A stretch of DNA of 63,661 nt, filler included. It is 5 parts of 5 records of this genome, joined end to end, with 100 filler letters (N's around TTAATTAATTAA, not from the genome) between each part and the next. Parts side by side here need not be neighbours in the genome. Positions count along the whole stretch, not along the records: positions 1 to 19,545 come from DRR723986_11892; positions 19,646 to 37,543 come from DRR723986_11936; 3 more parts are not named here. The stretch is one strand, 5' to 3'. The notes beneath the pieces were generated by a model that ran no database searches, was not told the origin of the DNA, and was given only the letters and a program-made list of their open reading frames with translations. Below are positions 10,511 to 20,236 of this stretch, in pieces (the stretch's first letter is position 1; each line of letters begins with the position of its first letter). The position numbers were made by a program, and so were the translations under genes.

Positions 10511-12679
10511 ATGCTCAGTAGACTCCGCTGCTTCAGGTTCCTAGTGCTTACTATTGTGTTGGTACCAACTCAACAAGCCATAGCCCAGGAAAAACCTGAA
10601 CGCTCTCAAACAGAAACATCCGGAGACACGATGACACCTCCAGTTGCCGCGGTCAGGCCTCATGTGCTCGAGAATCACGGAACACGGCGAGTAGACAATT
10701 ACTACTGGTTGCGTGAGCGAGAGAACCCGGAAGTTATCGATTATCTGAATGCGGAGAATGAATACACCGATGCCGCGCTCAAGAACCTCCAGCCGCTCGA
10801 AGAGACACTTTTCGAAGAGATAAAGGGGCGCATCAAGCAGGACGATGCGTCGGTGCCCTATGTCGACCGCGGGTATGAGTATTACAGTCGTTTTGAAGAG
10901 GGCAAGCAGTATCCGATCTATTGCCGCAAAGCTGACTCGGGCGCGGGACCAGAGCAGGTGATGCTCGATGTCAACAAACTCGCCGAGGGCAAAGCATTTT
11001 GCAGCGTTGTTGGTTTGCGAGTCAGCCCGGATTCGAAGCTATTGGCATTCGGCGTCGATTACACTGGGCGTAGGAAGTACAACCTGAAGTTCAAGGATCT
11101 GACTACGGACAAGATACTGGACGAGGAGGTCAGCAACGTTACCGGTTCCTGCGTCTGGGCCGCAGATAGCGAAACAGTCTTCTTCACGCGAAAAGATCCG
11201 CAAACGCTTCGAGCGTATCTGGTCGTTCGCCACAAGCTCGGCACCGACGCCAAAAGTGACGTAGCTGTCTTTGAGGAGAAGGACGAGGAGTTCTCCTGTG
11301 GAGTTTCGTCATCGCGTTCCCGCAAGTTCATCTTCATCGTTTCCAGACAAACTCTAAGTACCGAAGTTCGGTTCTTGGCGGCCGATGAACCAACTGGCGA
11401 ATTCACTGTCTTCCACCCTCGACAAGCAAATCACGAATATGCAGTCGACCACCTTGGCGACACGTTCACGATTTATAGCAATGAAGACGCTACCAATTTC
11501 CGACTGTTCACTGCCAAGCAGGGGCAGCACAAACGTGAAAACTGGGATGAACGCATCGCGCACCGAGAAGATGTCTTTCTCGAGGACTTCGATTTGTTCG
11601 ACGACTTCCTCGTGCTCTCCGAGCGTAAGAACGGTTTGACCAATTTGCGCATTCTGGGCAGCAATCCTGAATCCGATGTTGACTTCCAAGTAGCGTTTGA
11701 CGAATCAGCCTACGTTGTGTCGTCATCACCAACTCCGGATCCAACGACGTCGCGTTTGCGCTACAATTACACGTCGCTTACAACGCCTAATCAAGTCGTT
11801 GAATTCGATATGGCGAGCAAGCAGCGGCGTGTCCTAAAGCAGACCGAAGTACTCGGCGGATTTGATTCCAAGAACTACCGAACCGAACGACTGTGGGCCA
11901 CGTCGCGGGACGGAACCAGAGTGCCAGTTTCAATCGTTCACCATGTCGACACAAAGATTGACGGGGGCGCTCCTTGTCTGCAGTACGGTTATGGATCCTA
12001 CGGAGCGAGCATGGATCCAAGGTTCGATTACAGCATCCTCAGCCTGCTTGATCGCGGGTTTGTTTATGCCATTGCCCATATCCGTGGCGGACAAGAAATG
12101 GGACGGCAGTGGTACGAAGACGGAAAACTGCTGAAGAAACGCAACACTTTCACTGACTTCATCGACGTCGGGAAGTTCTTGGTTGCTGAAAAATATGCCG
12201 ATCCTGAACGACTGTACTGCCGAGGCGGCAGCGCGGGTGGCCTTCTTATCGGTGCCGTGATCAACATGGCGCCCGACATGTACCACGGCGCAATTGCCGA
12301 CGTTCCGTTCGTCGACGTGGTGACCACAATGTTGGACGATAACATTCCACTGACAACATTTGAATACGACGAATGGGGCAATCCCAATGAACAGGAGTAC
12401 TTCGAATACATGTTGTCATATTCGCCCTACGATCAAGTCGCCGCGGTTGAGTATCCCAACTTGCTTGTGACCACTGGACTTCATGATTCACAAGTTCAGT
12501 ATTGGGAACCGGCCAAATGGGTTGCAAAGATGCGAGCGACCATGCGGCAAAGCGGCAATCTGTTGCTGCTGAAAACGAACATGGAAGCCGGGCATGGCGG
12601 TGCAACAGGCCGATTCAATCGACTGAAGTTGGCCGCAACCAGATTCGCATTCCTACTAGATCTTGCCAGCGAAGAGTAA
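10511..12679 (+). CDS. ptrB: Oligopeptidase B (S9A), with signal peptide
   Basis: DNYYWLR, YGYGSYG, HIRGGQEMG, GGSAGG, DSQVQYWEPAKW and GHGG motifs. Confidence 0.93.
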   Translation: MLSRLRCFRFLVLTIVLVPTQQAIAQEKPERSQTETSGDTMTPPVAAVRPHVLENHGTRRVDNYYWLRERENPEVIDYLNAENEYTDAALKNLQPLEETLFEEIKGRIKQDDASVPYVDRGYEYYSRFEEGKQYPIYCRKADSGAGPEQVMLDVNKLAEGKAFCSVVGLRVSPDSKLLAFGVDYTGRRKYNLKFKDLTTDKILDEEVSNVTGSCVWAADSETVFFTRKDPQTLRAYLVVRHKLGTDAKSDVAVFEEKDEEFSCGVSSSRSRKFIFIVSRQTLSTEVRFLAADEPTGEFTVFHPRQANHEYAVDHLGDTFTIYSNEDATNFRLFTAKQGQHKRENWDERIAHREDVFLEDFDLFDDFLVLSERKNGLTNLRILGSNPESDVDFQVAFDESAYVVSSSPTPDPTTSRLRYNYTSLTTPNQVVEFDMASKQRRVLKQTEVLGGFDSKNYRTERLWATSRDGTRVPVSIVHHVDTKIDGGAPCLQYGYGSYGASMDPRFDYSILSLLDRGFVYAIAHIRGGQEMGRQWYEDGKLLKKRNTFTDFIDVGKFLVAEKYADPERLYCRGGSAGGLLIGAVINMAPDMYHGAIADVPFVDVVTTMLDDNIPLTTFEYDEWGNPNEQEYFEYMLSYSPYDQVAAVEYPNLLVTTGLHDSQVQYWEPAKWVAKMRATMRQSGNLLLLKTNMEAGHGGATGRFNRLKLAATRFAFLLDLASEE

Positions 12680-12811
12680 GGGCACTTGGGGAGGCAATCC
12701 AGATTGGAGTTGATTCAGTGCGGGGCACAGGGTTGCGATGCACCGCACCCGCAATTCTTGGTACCATAGGAGCCTTGAAACAATCCAAGTCGCAAGTGGT
12801 GAAACGTCTCC

Positions 12812-13714
12812 ATGTCCTTCGCTTCCCAATCCAAGAATCCTGATGAGTTGTTGTCGCCGGAGCTGCTCGCCCGGCTAGAACAGATGGAACTCGTCAGTCG
12901 CAAGATCTTCCGCGGACGAATGAAAGGTGAACGACGCAGCCGACGAAAAGGTCAAAGCGTCGAATTCGCCGACTATCGCAACTACGTCCCCGGCGACGAC
13001 CTGCGTCGAGTGGATTGGAACCTCTACGCTCGGCTCGATAAGTTGTTCTTAAAGCTGTTCTTGGAAGAGGAGGACCTTCACGTCTTCTTCTTGATCGATT
13101 CGAGCCCGTCGATGGACTTCGGCGCACCAACCAAGTTCTTTGCTGCGAAACAAATTGCTGCAGCCTTGTCGTTCATCGGAATGTGCCGCGGCGACCGAGT
13201 CAAACTTGAGTTCCTTGGGGTAGAGAATCGCCCCAGTCCGGTTCTTCGAGGCCGTAGCTCGCTGCCTCGACTGAAACAGTTCATTGAATCGACTGAGCCC
13301 GAAGAAAGCTTCTCGTTGACCGACGCCGTGAAGCGATTCTGCATCAGAAATACCAGTCGGGGGATCGTGGTCTTGCTCTCCGACCTGATGGACAAATCGG
13401 GCTACGAGTCGGCTCTCCGGCTACTAGCTGGTCGGCAAATGGATGTCTTCGTAATGCAGATACTTTGCCCCGAAGAAATGGATCCTGACATCACCGGCGA
13501 TTTGAAACTGGTTGATTGCGAAGACCAGGATGAGGCAGAGATTTCAGTCAGTGGGGCATTACTTCAGCGATACAAGAAGACGCTGGCACAATTCGTCGAA
13601 CAGGCGCGAACATTTTGTGCCCGTCGCGATATGACCTACCTGCTCGCGCAGAGTGACCAGGGAGCTGAGACGATCGTTGGACAGTATCTGCGTCAGCGAG
13701 GGCTCGTACGATGA
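12812..13714 (+). CDS. DUF58 domain protein
   Basis: GQSVEFADYRNYVPGDDLRRVDWN, LIDSSPSM, LLSD. Confidence 0.93.
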   Translation: MSFASQSKNPDELLSPELLARLEQMELVSRKIFRGRMKGERRSRRKGQSVEFADYRNYVPGDDLRRVDWNLYARLDKLFLKLFLEEEDLHVFFLIDSSPSMDFGAPTKFFAAKQIAAALSFIGMCRGDRVKLEFLGVENRPSPVLRGRSSLPRLKQFIESTEPEESFSLTDAVKRFCIRNTSRGIVVLLSDLMDKSGYESALRLLAGRQMDVFVMQILCPEEMDPDITGDLKLVDCEDQDEAEISVSGALLQRYKKTLAQFVEQARTFCARRDMTYLLAQSDQGAETIVGQYLRQRGLVR

Positions 13715-15684
13715 CTTGGATCAACATGCTGACGCCATTTCAGTGGGCATTGATGGCGCTCGTCCCACCCTTGATCATCATGCTCTACTTCCTCAAACTG
13801 CGGCGACAGCCCATCGTGGTACCAAGCACGTACCTCTGGCAGCGGGCGGTCGAAGACTTACACGTCAACAGTATTTGGCAGCGACTGAGACATAACATTC
13901 TCCTGCTACTGCAACTGCTCGCGATACTAGCGCTCATCTTGGCCCTGCTTCGGCCCGGTTCGCGTGGTACGCAGGATCTGGGCAATCGATCAATTTTCCT
14001 GATCGACAACTCAGCCAGCATGAATGCCACAGACGTGGACGGCTCGCGTTTGAAGGAAGCGAAGTCAAAAGTTCTTGAGATGATCAGCACGATGAAGTCT
14101 GCTGATGTCGCGATGGTGATCGCATTCTCCGATCGCGCCGACATCAAGCAGGGCTTTACCGCCGATCGCGCTCGGCTGAAAGATGCTGTCCGCTCGATAG
14201 AACCCACTCAGCGGGTAACGGATCTGAACGAAGCCCTTCGCGCGGCCGCTGGACTAGCGAATCCTGGACGCACCAGCCAGATGGAGGACCTTAATGACAT
14301 CCAGGTTGCGGAGGCGGTTCCGGCGAATCTATACATCTTCAGCGATGGCGGCTTTACAACTCCTCAACTGGACCTAGGAAACCTCACCGCGGAATACCTG
14401 CCCGTTGGGACGGCAAATCCAGAAAACGTTGGCATCGTCTCGTTCACCGTTGAACGTAACATTGAAAGCGAGGGGCAGATTGAGGCGTTTGGTCGGATTC
14501 AAAATTTTGGCGAGGAGGATGCGATTGTTGAAGCGTCGCTGTCGCTCGATGGCAAGTTCATTGACGCCAGCAACGTCGAAGTAGCCGCCGGTGAGAGTGC
14601 CGGTGTGAGCTTCCAACTCGTGAACATCACCGAAGGCGAAATGCAACTGACCATTGATTCCGACGACGAGTTTCTGCTGGACAATGATGCGTATGCCGGA
14701 CTGGATCCGCCCAAGGAACTTGAGGTCGTGTTGGTCACTGCCGGCAACTCAGCCCTCGAATCCGCACTAGCAACGACACAGGCCGCCGCGCTCGCTCGGG
14801 TTAGGATCATTGCGCCTGAAGAACTTGATTCGGACGCAGCCGCAGAACTTGCCGCTTCCGGTGAAGTCGACTTGTTCGTTTACGATAATTGCACTCCGGA
14901 AAAAATGCCCGCTGCAAACACACTCTTTGTCGGGGCGATGCCCCCGGGTGAGCAGTGGGAAGCTTCTGAGCCCAACGGACCGCTGTTCATCATCGACATC
15001 AATCGAAGTCATCCGATGCTTCAATATGTCGACATGGGAAGTGTCCGGATCGTTCAAGGAAGGGGGCTGACGATTCCCAAGGGCGGCACTGAACTACTTC
15101 GGACCGAGACGGGCGTCTTGATGGGAGTTGCGCCAAGAGGAGCTTACCAGGATGCAGTCGTCGCCATGCCGTTGCTCACTCGCGGTGAAGATGGCGTTGT
15201 CCCTAATACAGACTGGCCCATCAAGCGGAGCTTCCCCGTCTTCTTCTTCAACTCGCTGGCCTATCTTGGTGGAGCGGTGACGACGGCGGGTAGTGCGACA
15301 GCGAAGCCTGGTGAAACGGTCGCCTTGAGCACAGCCAACCGTTACCCAGTCTTGGAGATCGAATCGCCTGATAGACGTAAGACGACGGTTGACCGAACTG
15401 GAATGCCGCAGGTGTTGTTTACCCAGACCGAGGAATCCGGATTCTATCGAGCCAAACCTGCTGGCGAAGACCGCGTGCTTCAGTTGTTCACGGTCAACTT
15501 ATTCAGCGACCGCGAGAGTGACATCCGCATTGCTCCCGAGGTTCGAATCGGCGCTCAAGACGTCGTAGCCACTGACCCTGCCTCGAAAGTCGTGCGTCGC
15601 GAATACTGGCGATGGATCCTACTGGCATCCCTGGTCATACTCGCAGCAGAATGGCTCATCTACAACAGACGCATCACCGTTTAG
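13711..15684 (+). CDS. BatA N-terminal + vWA domain membrane protein
   Basis: BatA-type start (LIIMLYFLKLRR...PSTYLW); MIDAS motif LIDNSASM and FSDG; C-terminal TM ending AEW; ATGA overlap with the DUF58 gene. Confidence 0.88.
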   Translation: MTWINMLTPFQWALMALVPPLIIMLYFLKLRRQPIVVPSTYLWQRAVEDLHVNSIWQRLRHNILLLLQLLAILALILALLRPGSRGTQDLGNRSIFLIDNSASMNATDVDGSRLKEAKSKVLEMISTMKSADVAMVIAFSDRADIKQGFTADRARLKDAVRSIEPTQRVTDLNEALRAAAGLANPGRTSQMEDLNDIQVAEAVPANLYIFSDGGFTTPQLDLGNLTAEYLPVGTANPENVGIVSFTVERNIESEGQIEAFGRIQNFGEEDAIVEASLSLDGKFIDASNVEVAAGESAGVSFQLVNITEGEMQLTIDSDDEFLLDNDAYAGLDPPKELEVVLVTAGNSALESALATTQAAALARVRIIAPEELDSDAAAELAASGEVDLFVYDNCTPEKMPAANTLFVGAMPPGEQWEASEPNGPLFIIDINRSHPMLQYVDMGSVRIVQGRGLTIPKGGTELLRTETGVLMGVAPRGAYQDAVVAMPLLTRGEDGVVPNTDWPIKRSFPVFFFNSLAYLGGAVTTAGSATAKPGETVALSTANRYPVLEIESPDRRKTTVDRTGMPQVLFTQTEESGFYRAKPAGEDRVLQLFTVNLFSDRESDIRIAPEVRIGAQDVVATDPASKVVRREYWRWILLASLVILAAEWLIYNRRITV

Positions 15685-15953
15685 GAAAGAAGATTCCGAC
15701 GGAGTCATCTTGTCCATAGGAGTCGACGAATATCGTAGGCCGGCATTTCCGCCCAGTCGCTAGTGCGTCGGCGCAGGGACTATTTCTCCCAAACGACTTC
15801 TGCAGTGGTAGTCAAATTCTGCTAATCTATTGAATCCAGATTTGCGCCGCTTGGCGGCGGCGACTTCGGACATTCGGTCAGAGGCAAGAGTCAAAGTTGC
15901 TCACTCTTGAGCAGTCAATTTTCGGTGCAGGTCAACAACAATTGGGCTCTAGT

Positions 15954-16886
15954 GTGCGAATCCTGACGCTTCTAATGCTGCTTTGCACCTTGAGCTCTAC
16001 TGCCTACCAGCAGTCTCCAGCATCGCAGGACGATTCTAGCGTCCGAGAAGGGCCTCGACTCAAGCGGCCGTGGCGAGAGACCGACCTTCAGATTCCTGGC
16101 ATCGCGAATGTTCTCCGCGTTTCGCACAAAGTCATCAGCGGCGGTGAGCCAACATCGAAAGAGTCCTTTGCCAAGCTGAAGGAGATTGGAGTCTCGACGA
16201 TACTCAGTGTCGATGGCCTTCCCCCCGATGTTGAGACCGCGACTGCCAACGGACTGAAATACGTTCATATCCCTGTCTCCTACCGAGAAATCCCAACGGC
16301 GGCACAATCGCAACTGAAGGCACTACTCGGTCAGGCCGAGGGGAAAGTGTTTGTGCACTGCCACCACGGCAAGCACCGCGGTCCTGCTGCGGCCGCCATT
16401 CTCGCGGCGATGAACCGTGAGATTTCTCTCGACGATGCACTTGACATACTTAAAGTTGCCGGGACATCGACACGATACTCAGGGCTATGGAAAAGTGTTC
16501 GCGAGTTCGACGCGTCGAACGTTGTTGCATCGCAGTGTTCATTACCATCTCGAGTGGCATTGGCGACGACAGCCACTGCGATGGCGGACATTGCGAGGGA
16601 CTTTGAAGCCCTTGAGGTGGGCTTGCACACTGATGCAAAGAATCGTGCCGAGTCATCGTTGTTCAGCACTGCCGTGCAACTTGATGAATCGTTCCGTGAG
16701 CTTGCGCGACGGTCCAAGACCGACCGCACGATGCGGCGTGGTTATGAAGAAATTGCTAATCAGTTTGCTGACTTGTCGCTGGATCTGAAGCCGGGCAGCA
16801 AATCGTCGACGCCCCCCTTAGCCTCTCTACACAAGATTCAGCAGCGATGCGATGCTTGCCACGACAAACACCGCAACTCATTCTGA
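15954..16886 (+). CDS. Exported PTP/DUF442-like (CX5R) domain fused to class II-type cytochrome c
   Basis: Probable GTG start with signal peptide; SGGEP and YVHIP motifs; VFVHCHHGKHRG (CX5R); helical C-terminal domain ending in CDACH. Confidence 0.75.
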   Translation: MRILTLLMLLCTLSSTAYQQSPASQDDSSVREGPRLKRPWRETDLQIPGIANVLRVSHKVISGGEPTSKESFAKLKEIGVSTILSVDGLPPDVETATANGLKYVHIPVSYREIPTAAQSQLKALLGQAEGKVFVHCHHGKHRGPAAAAILAAMNREISLDDALDILKVAGTSTRYSGLWKSVREFDASNVVASQCSLPSRVALATTATAMADIARDFEALEVGLHTDAKNRAESSLFSTAVQLDESFRELARRSKTDRTMRRGYEEIANQFADLSLDLKPGSKSSTPPLASLHKIQQRCDACHDKHRNSF

Positions 16887-16973
16887 CTCGACAGCCAACG
16901 CAGAACTGAATGCCCCGCCCTTCGGTGTGAGCAAACGACTGGCGAGAAGTCGATGCAGCGCCGATGCTGCGAT

Positions 16974-17867
16974 CTAAATATTGCGAGCCGATTCTAAATT
17001 CGCGCCGATCTCAAAGATCTGCTCAGCATCCAGGAAGAGGTCATTTCGCGAGTAAAGTGTGCGAATCGCTTCTTTGTGAATCTTCATCTTCAGTCCACCG
17101 GTTCCAATCGCTCCGTAGTCGAACCTCTCGCCGCGCTGCACCGCTTTGTCAGTTACAGCGATCCCTTCCAGTCCTGCCGGTGGCACTGCATTGAGATCGA
17201 TGGCAACGCGGAGCTGGTCTGCAGACTGAAGCTCTTTTTCAGAGAGTAGTTGAATGCCCGCCGCTCCGCAGCTTATCAAGACTTGCTTACCGGATAACAA
17301 TTCTGACATTAATGCGCCATCACCGACAACGGCACTGGACACGCTTCCACTGTTGGCAGAATCCAGCTTCTTTGAGATTGCATCCACAGCCTTTTGACCT
17401 CGCTCCTCATCCCGAGAGGTAATGGTCACGCTGGCACCTTGTCCTGCAAGTAGACGTGCTGCCCGCTGTCCAACAGGCCCGGTGCCGCCAAGAACAAGTG
17501 CACTTGCCCCCGCAAGATCGATATGGCGAGCCGCACAAAGTACAGCAGCGGCCGCGGTTGTATTGCTTCCGTTGCCATCCAGCATCACTGAGACTCGCAC
17601 CGGCCCGAAGAACGTGTTTGCGATTCGTTCCGCGAGCGTTTCACTGGCCGCAACGTTTGATCCGCCAACAAAAATGGCCGTATTCTTGAGTGCGTCCACA
17701 CCACGCGTGAACATAGCGCCATGCACAAGCCCTTCTACGTCACTCGACTGCACCTGTGGGTATTGCAACAATTGTTCTACACCTGCATCGATGGCAACAA
17801 CCGCGTCAAAAGAACTTGCATGATTGTCTGGATCAAACTGCAAGAGGATGCGTGCGTGGCTACTCAT
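16974..17867 (-). CDS. mtdC: Methylene-H4MPT dehydrogenase (Mtd family, planctomycete MtdC type)
   Basis: SSFDAVVAIDAG, HGAMFTRG, TAIFVGG, DGNGSNTTAAAAV, GGTGPVG, DLNAVPP, GGLKMKIH; adjacent to fae. Confidence 0.88.
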   Translation of the reverse strand: MSSHARILLQFDPDNHASSFDAVVAIDAGVEQLLQYPQVQSSDVEGLVHGAMFTRGVDALKNTAIFVGGSNVAASETLAERIANTFFGPVRVSVMLDGNGSNTTAAAAVLCAARHIDLAGASALVLGGTGPVGQRAARLLAGQGASVTITSRDEERGQKAVDAISKKLDSANSGSVSSAVVGDGALMSELLSGKQVLISCGAAGIQLLSEKELQSADQLRVAIDLNAVPPAGLEGIAVTDKAVQRGERFDYGAIGTGGLKMKIHKEAIRTLYSRNDLFLDAEQIFEIGANLESARNI

Positions 17868-17960
17868 CGTGTTTTCCTATCGTCGTTTGTCGTTGGAGCT
17901 TTACTGAGCGCTGCAGGAGTGCGCCCGCTCGACTTTCCACGGACGCAACTGAGGGGCAAG

Positions 17961-17998
17961 AAAAAAGGCTGCGACGAGTCATCCGACCACGCGCAGCC
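17961..17998 (-). terminator. Putative intrinsic terminator downstream of fae
   Basis: GGCTGCG...CGCAGCC stem with inner GTC/GAC pairing, followed by T6 on the minus strand. Confidence 0.6.
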
Positions 17999-18110
17999 CT
18001 TCATTGAATCCAGTCAAGGTTAACCAGCACGAACCGGCCATCAGATGGCTAACGGCCGTAAGAAAAATCGCCGAAGCAAACCTTTCCAAGCTGGGAAACC
18101 CCAGACCGCC

Positions 18111-18617
18111 TTAGGCATCAAAACCCTTGAATGGGTGAGCAGCCGCGTCCTTCTTGGCGATCATATCCGCAGCACTTGGCTTGCTTTGCATTGCGTTGGC
18201 AATTGCGTCTTTGGTCGCTTCGTAGTTGTATTGGTAGATCTTCGCGTTGTCTTCTGCTGCTGGGTGGATGAACACGCCGCAAACGATAACAAGATCTTCA
18301 GCTTGATCTGCAGGAATAACACCAGCTTCAACTTGGTCAGCAACAGCCTTAGCTACGGCAAACTGAGCTGGACCGAACATTTGTACAGCTTGCTTCATGC
18401 CCTTAATCGTGACCTTCGTGATCATCACGGTCGAAGGCTTTACAGCAACGTTTGGCTCCAAGACAGCCAACAGATTAGAGTGGCCGTGGCTCTGAGTCGC
18501 TAGCGCGTTTGCAAAAGCGGTACCGACAGGACCAGTCTTGCTGCCGATCATCAGGTCGATGTGTGCGATCTCGTTGCCATCACCAACCAACGATTCTCCA
18601 ACGAACAATGACATCAC
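18111..18617 (-). CDS. fae: Formaldehyde-activating enzyme
   Basis: VGESLVGDGNEIAHIDL, KVTIKGMKQAVQMFGPAQ, GVFIHP, YNYEATK; C-terminal HPF. Confidence 0.96.
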   Translation of the reverse strand: MMSLFVGESLVGDGNEIAHIDLMIGSKTGPVGTAFANALATQSHGHSNLLAVLEPNVAVKPSTVMITKVTIKGMKQAVQMFGPAQFAVAKAVADQVEAGVIPADQAEDLVIVCGVFIHPAAEDNAKIYQYNYEATKDAIANAMQSKPSAADMIAKKDAAAHPFKGFDA

Positions 18618-18905
18618 GAATTCCTTTGAATATGGATCAGTAACTAGGGGACTTGTTGCAAAACACTACAGTCAGGCAAGCGTGATCGAACATCAAAATG
18701 CCCGAGCCGTTCGCGAAGCCTCACGAGCGACATTGCGCTGGTAGCCCGAAATCGATTGAAACTCGATCTTTGGCCCTATCAGCTCGAACTGCACTGGCTA
18801 GCCGAAACATTAGCTTTTGAGTGGTCAGAGCCTACCAAAGTAGGGCTCTCATGCAAGCGGGGCCAGCCTCGGAACAGGGGTGGGTTTTCGGCTCTCCAGT
18901 TCGAA

Positions 18906-18921
18906 TGGCACGGTTTATGCA
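18906..18921 (+). promoter_or_regulatory. Putative sigma54 (-24/-12) promoter
   Basis: TGGCACGGTTTATGCA matches TGGCACG-N4-TTGCW with one mismatch and correct GG-to-GC spacing. Confidence 0.5.
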
Positions 18922-19222
18922 GGATGTCGGACCAGGTCGAAGGCACCTGGGTAGATTTCGTTTGGAATCCCGCTTCAAATTGACTACCATTGAGAGATTG
19001 ACACGCGCAAACAAAATGTGTGGGATCGTTCGGCCCATTTCGCTGGCCCCACCGTTAGGACTGGGTGAGCCGCACCAGCGGCTCCAGAATTGCAATACGT
19101 TGCGGTAGTCCTGCGAAAATGCTTACAGATCAGTAGCTTCGCTAGCAGTTAAACTCTTCTCCAGGTGAGCCTATCCGACAACGGAACAGGATTCAGGCAG
19201 AGAAAGTACACAGAGGATAAAG

Positions 19223-19545
19223 ATGAAAGCTTATCGAATCGCAGCTCTTTTCGGGCTAAGTGCAATCGTTTTTGGCAGCACCGCATCTGCGGCGGATCCA
19301 GCCAGTAGCAAGAAAAAGCGAAGCGACGAAAAAGCAGAAGTCGTGGAAATGTTCCAGGCGATGGAAGAAGGCAAGATCGAAGTCAATTTCTATCCTAAAG
19401 ACGCGAGCCAAGCCACGATCGTCATCAAGAACAAGGGTGACAAGCCTGTCGACGTACAACTTCCTGCAACCTTCGGTGCTATTCACGTTCAAGGCCAAAT
19501 GGGCATGGGCGGCGGTATGGGTGGCATGGGCGGCGGCATGGGTGG
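19223..19545 (+). CDS. Secreted hypothetical protein with Gly/Met-rich tract (3' truncated by contig end)
   Basis: GAGGA RBS; signal peptide ending ASA|A; ORF runs into GMGGG repeats at the break. Confidence 0.75.
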
Positions 19546-19645
19546 NNNNNNNNNNNNNNNNNNNNNNNNNNNNNNNNNNNNNNNNNNNNTTAATTAATTA
19601 ANNNNNNNNNNNNNNNNNNNNNNNNNNNNNNNNNNNNNNNNNNNN
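19546..19645. other. Artificial contig spacer
   Basis: N44-TTAATTAATTAA-N44 six-frame stop linker. Confidence 0.98.
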
Positions 19646-19968
19646 GAGCTGGGTTTAGAACGTCGTGAGACAGGTCGGTCCCTATCTGCCGTGGGCGTTC
19701 GAAACTTGAGGAGGTTCAACTTTAGTACGAGAGGATTTGGTTGGACGAAGCTCTGGTGTACCAGTTGTCACGCTAGTGGCACGGCTGGATAGCTAACTTC
19801 GGAAAGGATAAACGCTGAAAGCATCTAAGCGTGAAGCCCTCTCCAAGATTAGGTTTCGTAAGCAGTTTACTGCGAAAGTCCCCTGGAAGACTACCAGGTT
19901 GATAGGTCAGATGTGTACGCACGGTAACGTGTTTAGCTAACTGATACTAATGGACGAATACTTGACCA
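19646..19968 (+). rRNA. rrl: 23S rRNA, 3' end (partial)
   Basis: GAGCTGGGTTTAGAACGTCGTGAGACAG; sarcin-ricin loop AGTACGAGAGGA; GCTGAAAGCATCTAAG; end approximate. Confidence 0.97.
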
Positions 19969-20086
19969 CCGATATCTTGCACTCTTGCATGATTCGGTGT
20001 GCTCGCTGAGGTCTCTAACGAGACAAGCGTCATGCCAACTACCAATCAACATAGGCCATCACAGGCGAATAGGCTGTGGTGGTCTT

Positions 20087-20194
20087 TCCGGTGACCATAT
20101 CCGAAAGGTTATACCTGTTCCCTTCCCGAACACAGAAGTCAAGCTTTCGGAGCCGATGATAGTGCCCACCAGTGCGAAAGTAGGTCTTGCCGGT
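20087..20194 (+). rRNA. rrf: 5S rRNA (short, about 108 nt)
   Basis: CCGGTGACCATA...CCCTTCCCGAACACAGAAGTCAAGC...GCGAAAGTAGGTCTTGCCGG with paired ends; short length is consistent with Planctomycetes. Confidence 0.95.
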
Positions 20195-20200
20195 ATTTTT

Positions 20201-20236
20201 AAAACCCTTCACAACCTTGTTGTGAAGGGTTTTTTT
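20201..20236 (+). terminator. rRNA operon intrinsic terminator
   Basis: AAAACCCTTCACAAC-CTT-GTTGTGAAGGGTTTT perfect stem followed by a T-run. Confidence 0.9.

Noticed and set aside
12812..15684. DUF58 + BatA/vWA pair as a novel system
   Set aside because: Well-known MoxR-associated module common in Planctomycetes; the ATPase is simply not adjacent
19590..19601. Repeated TTAATTAATTAA palindrome (four copies in the window)
   Set aside because: Artificial six-frame stop linker inside N runs
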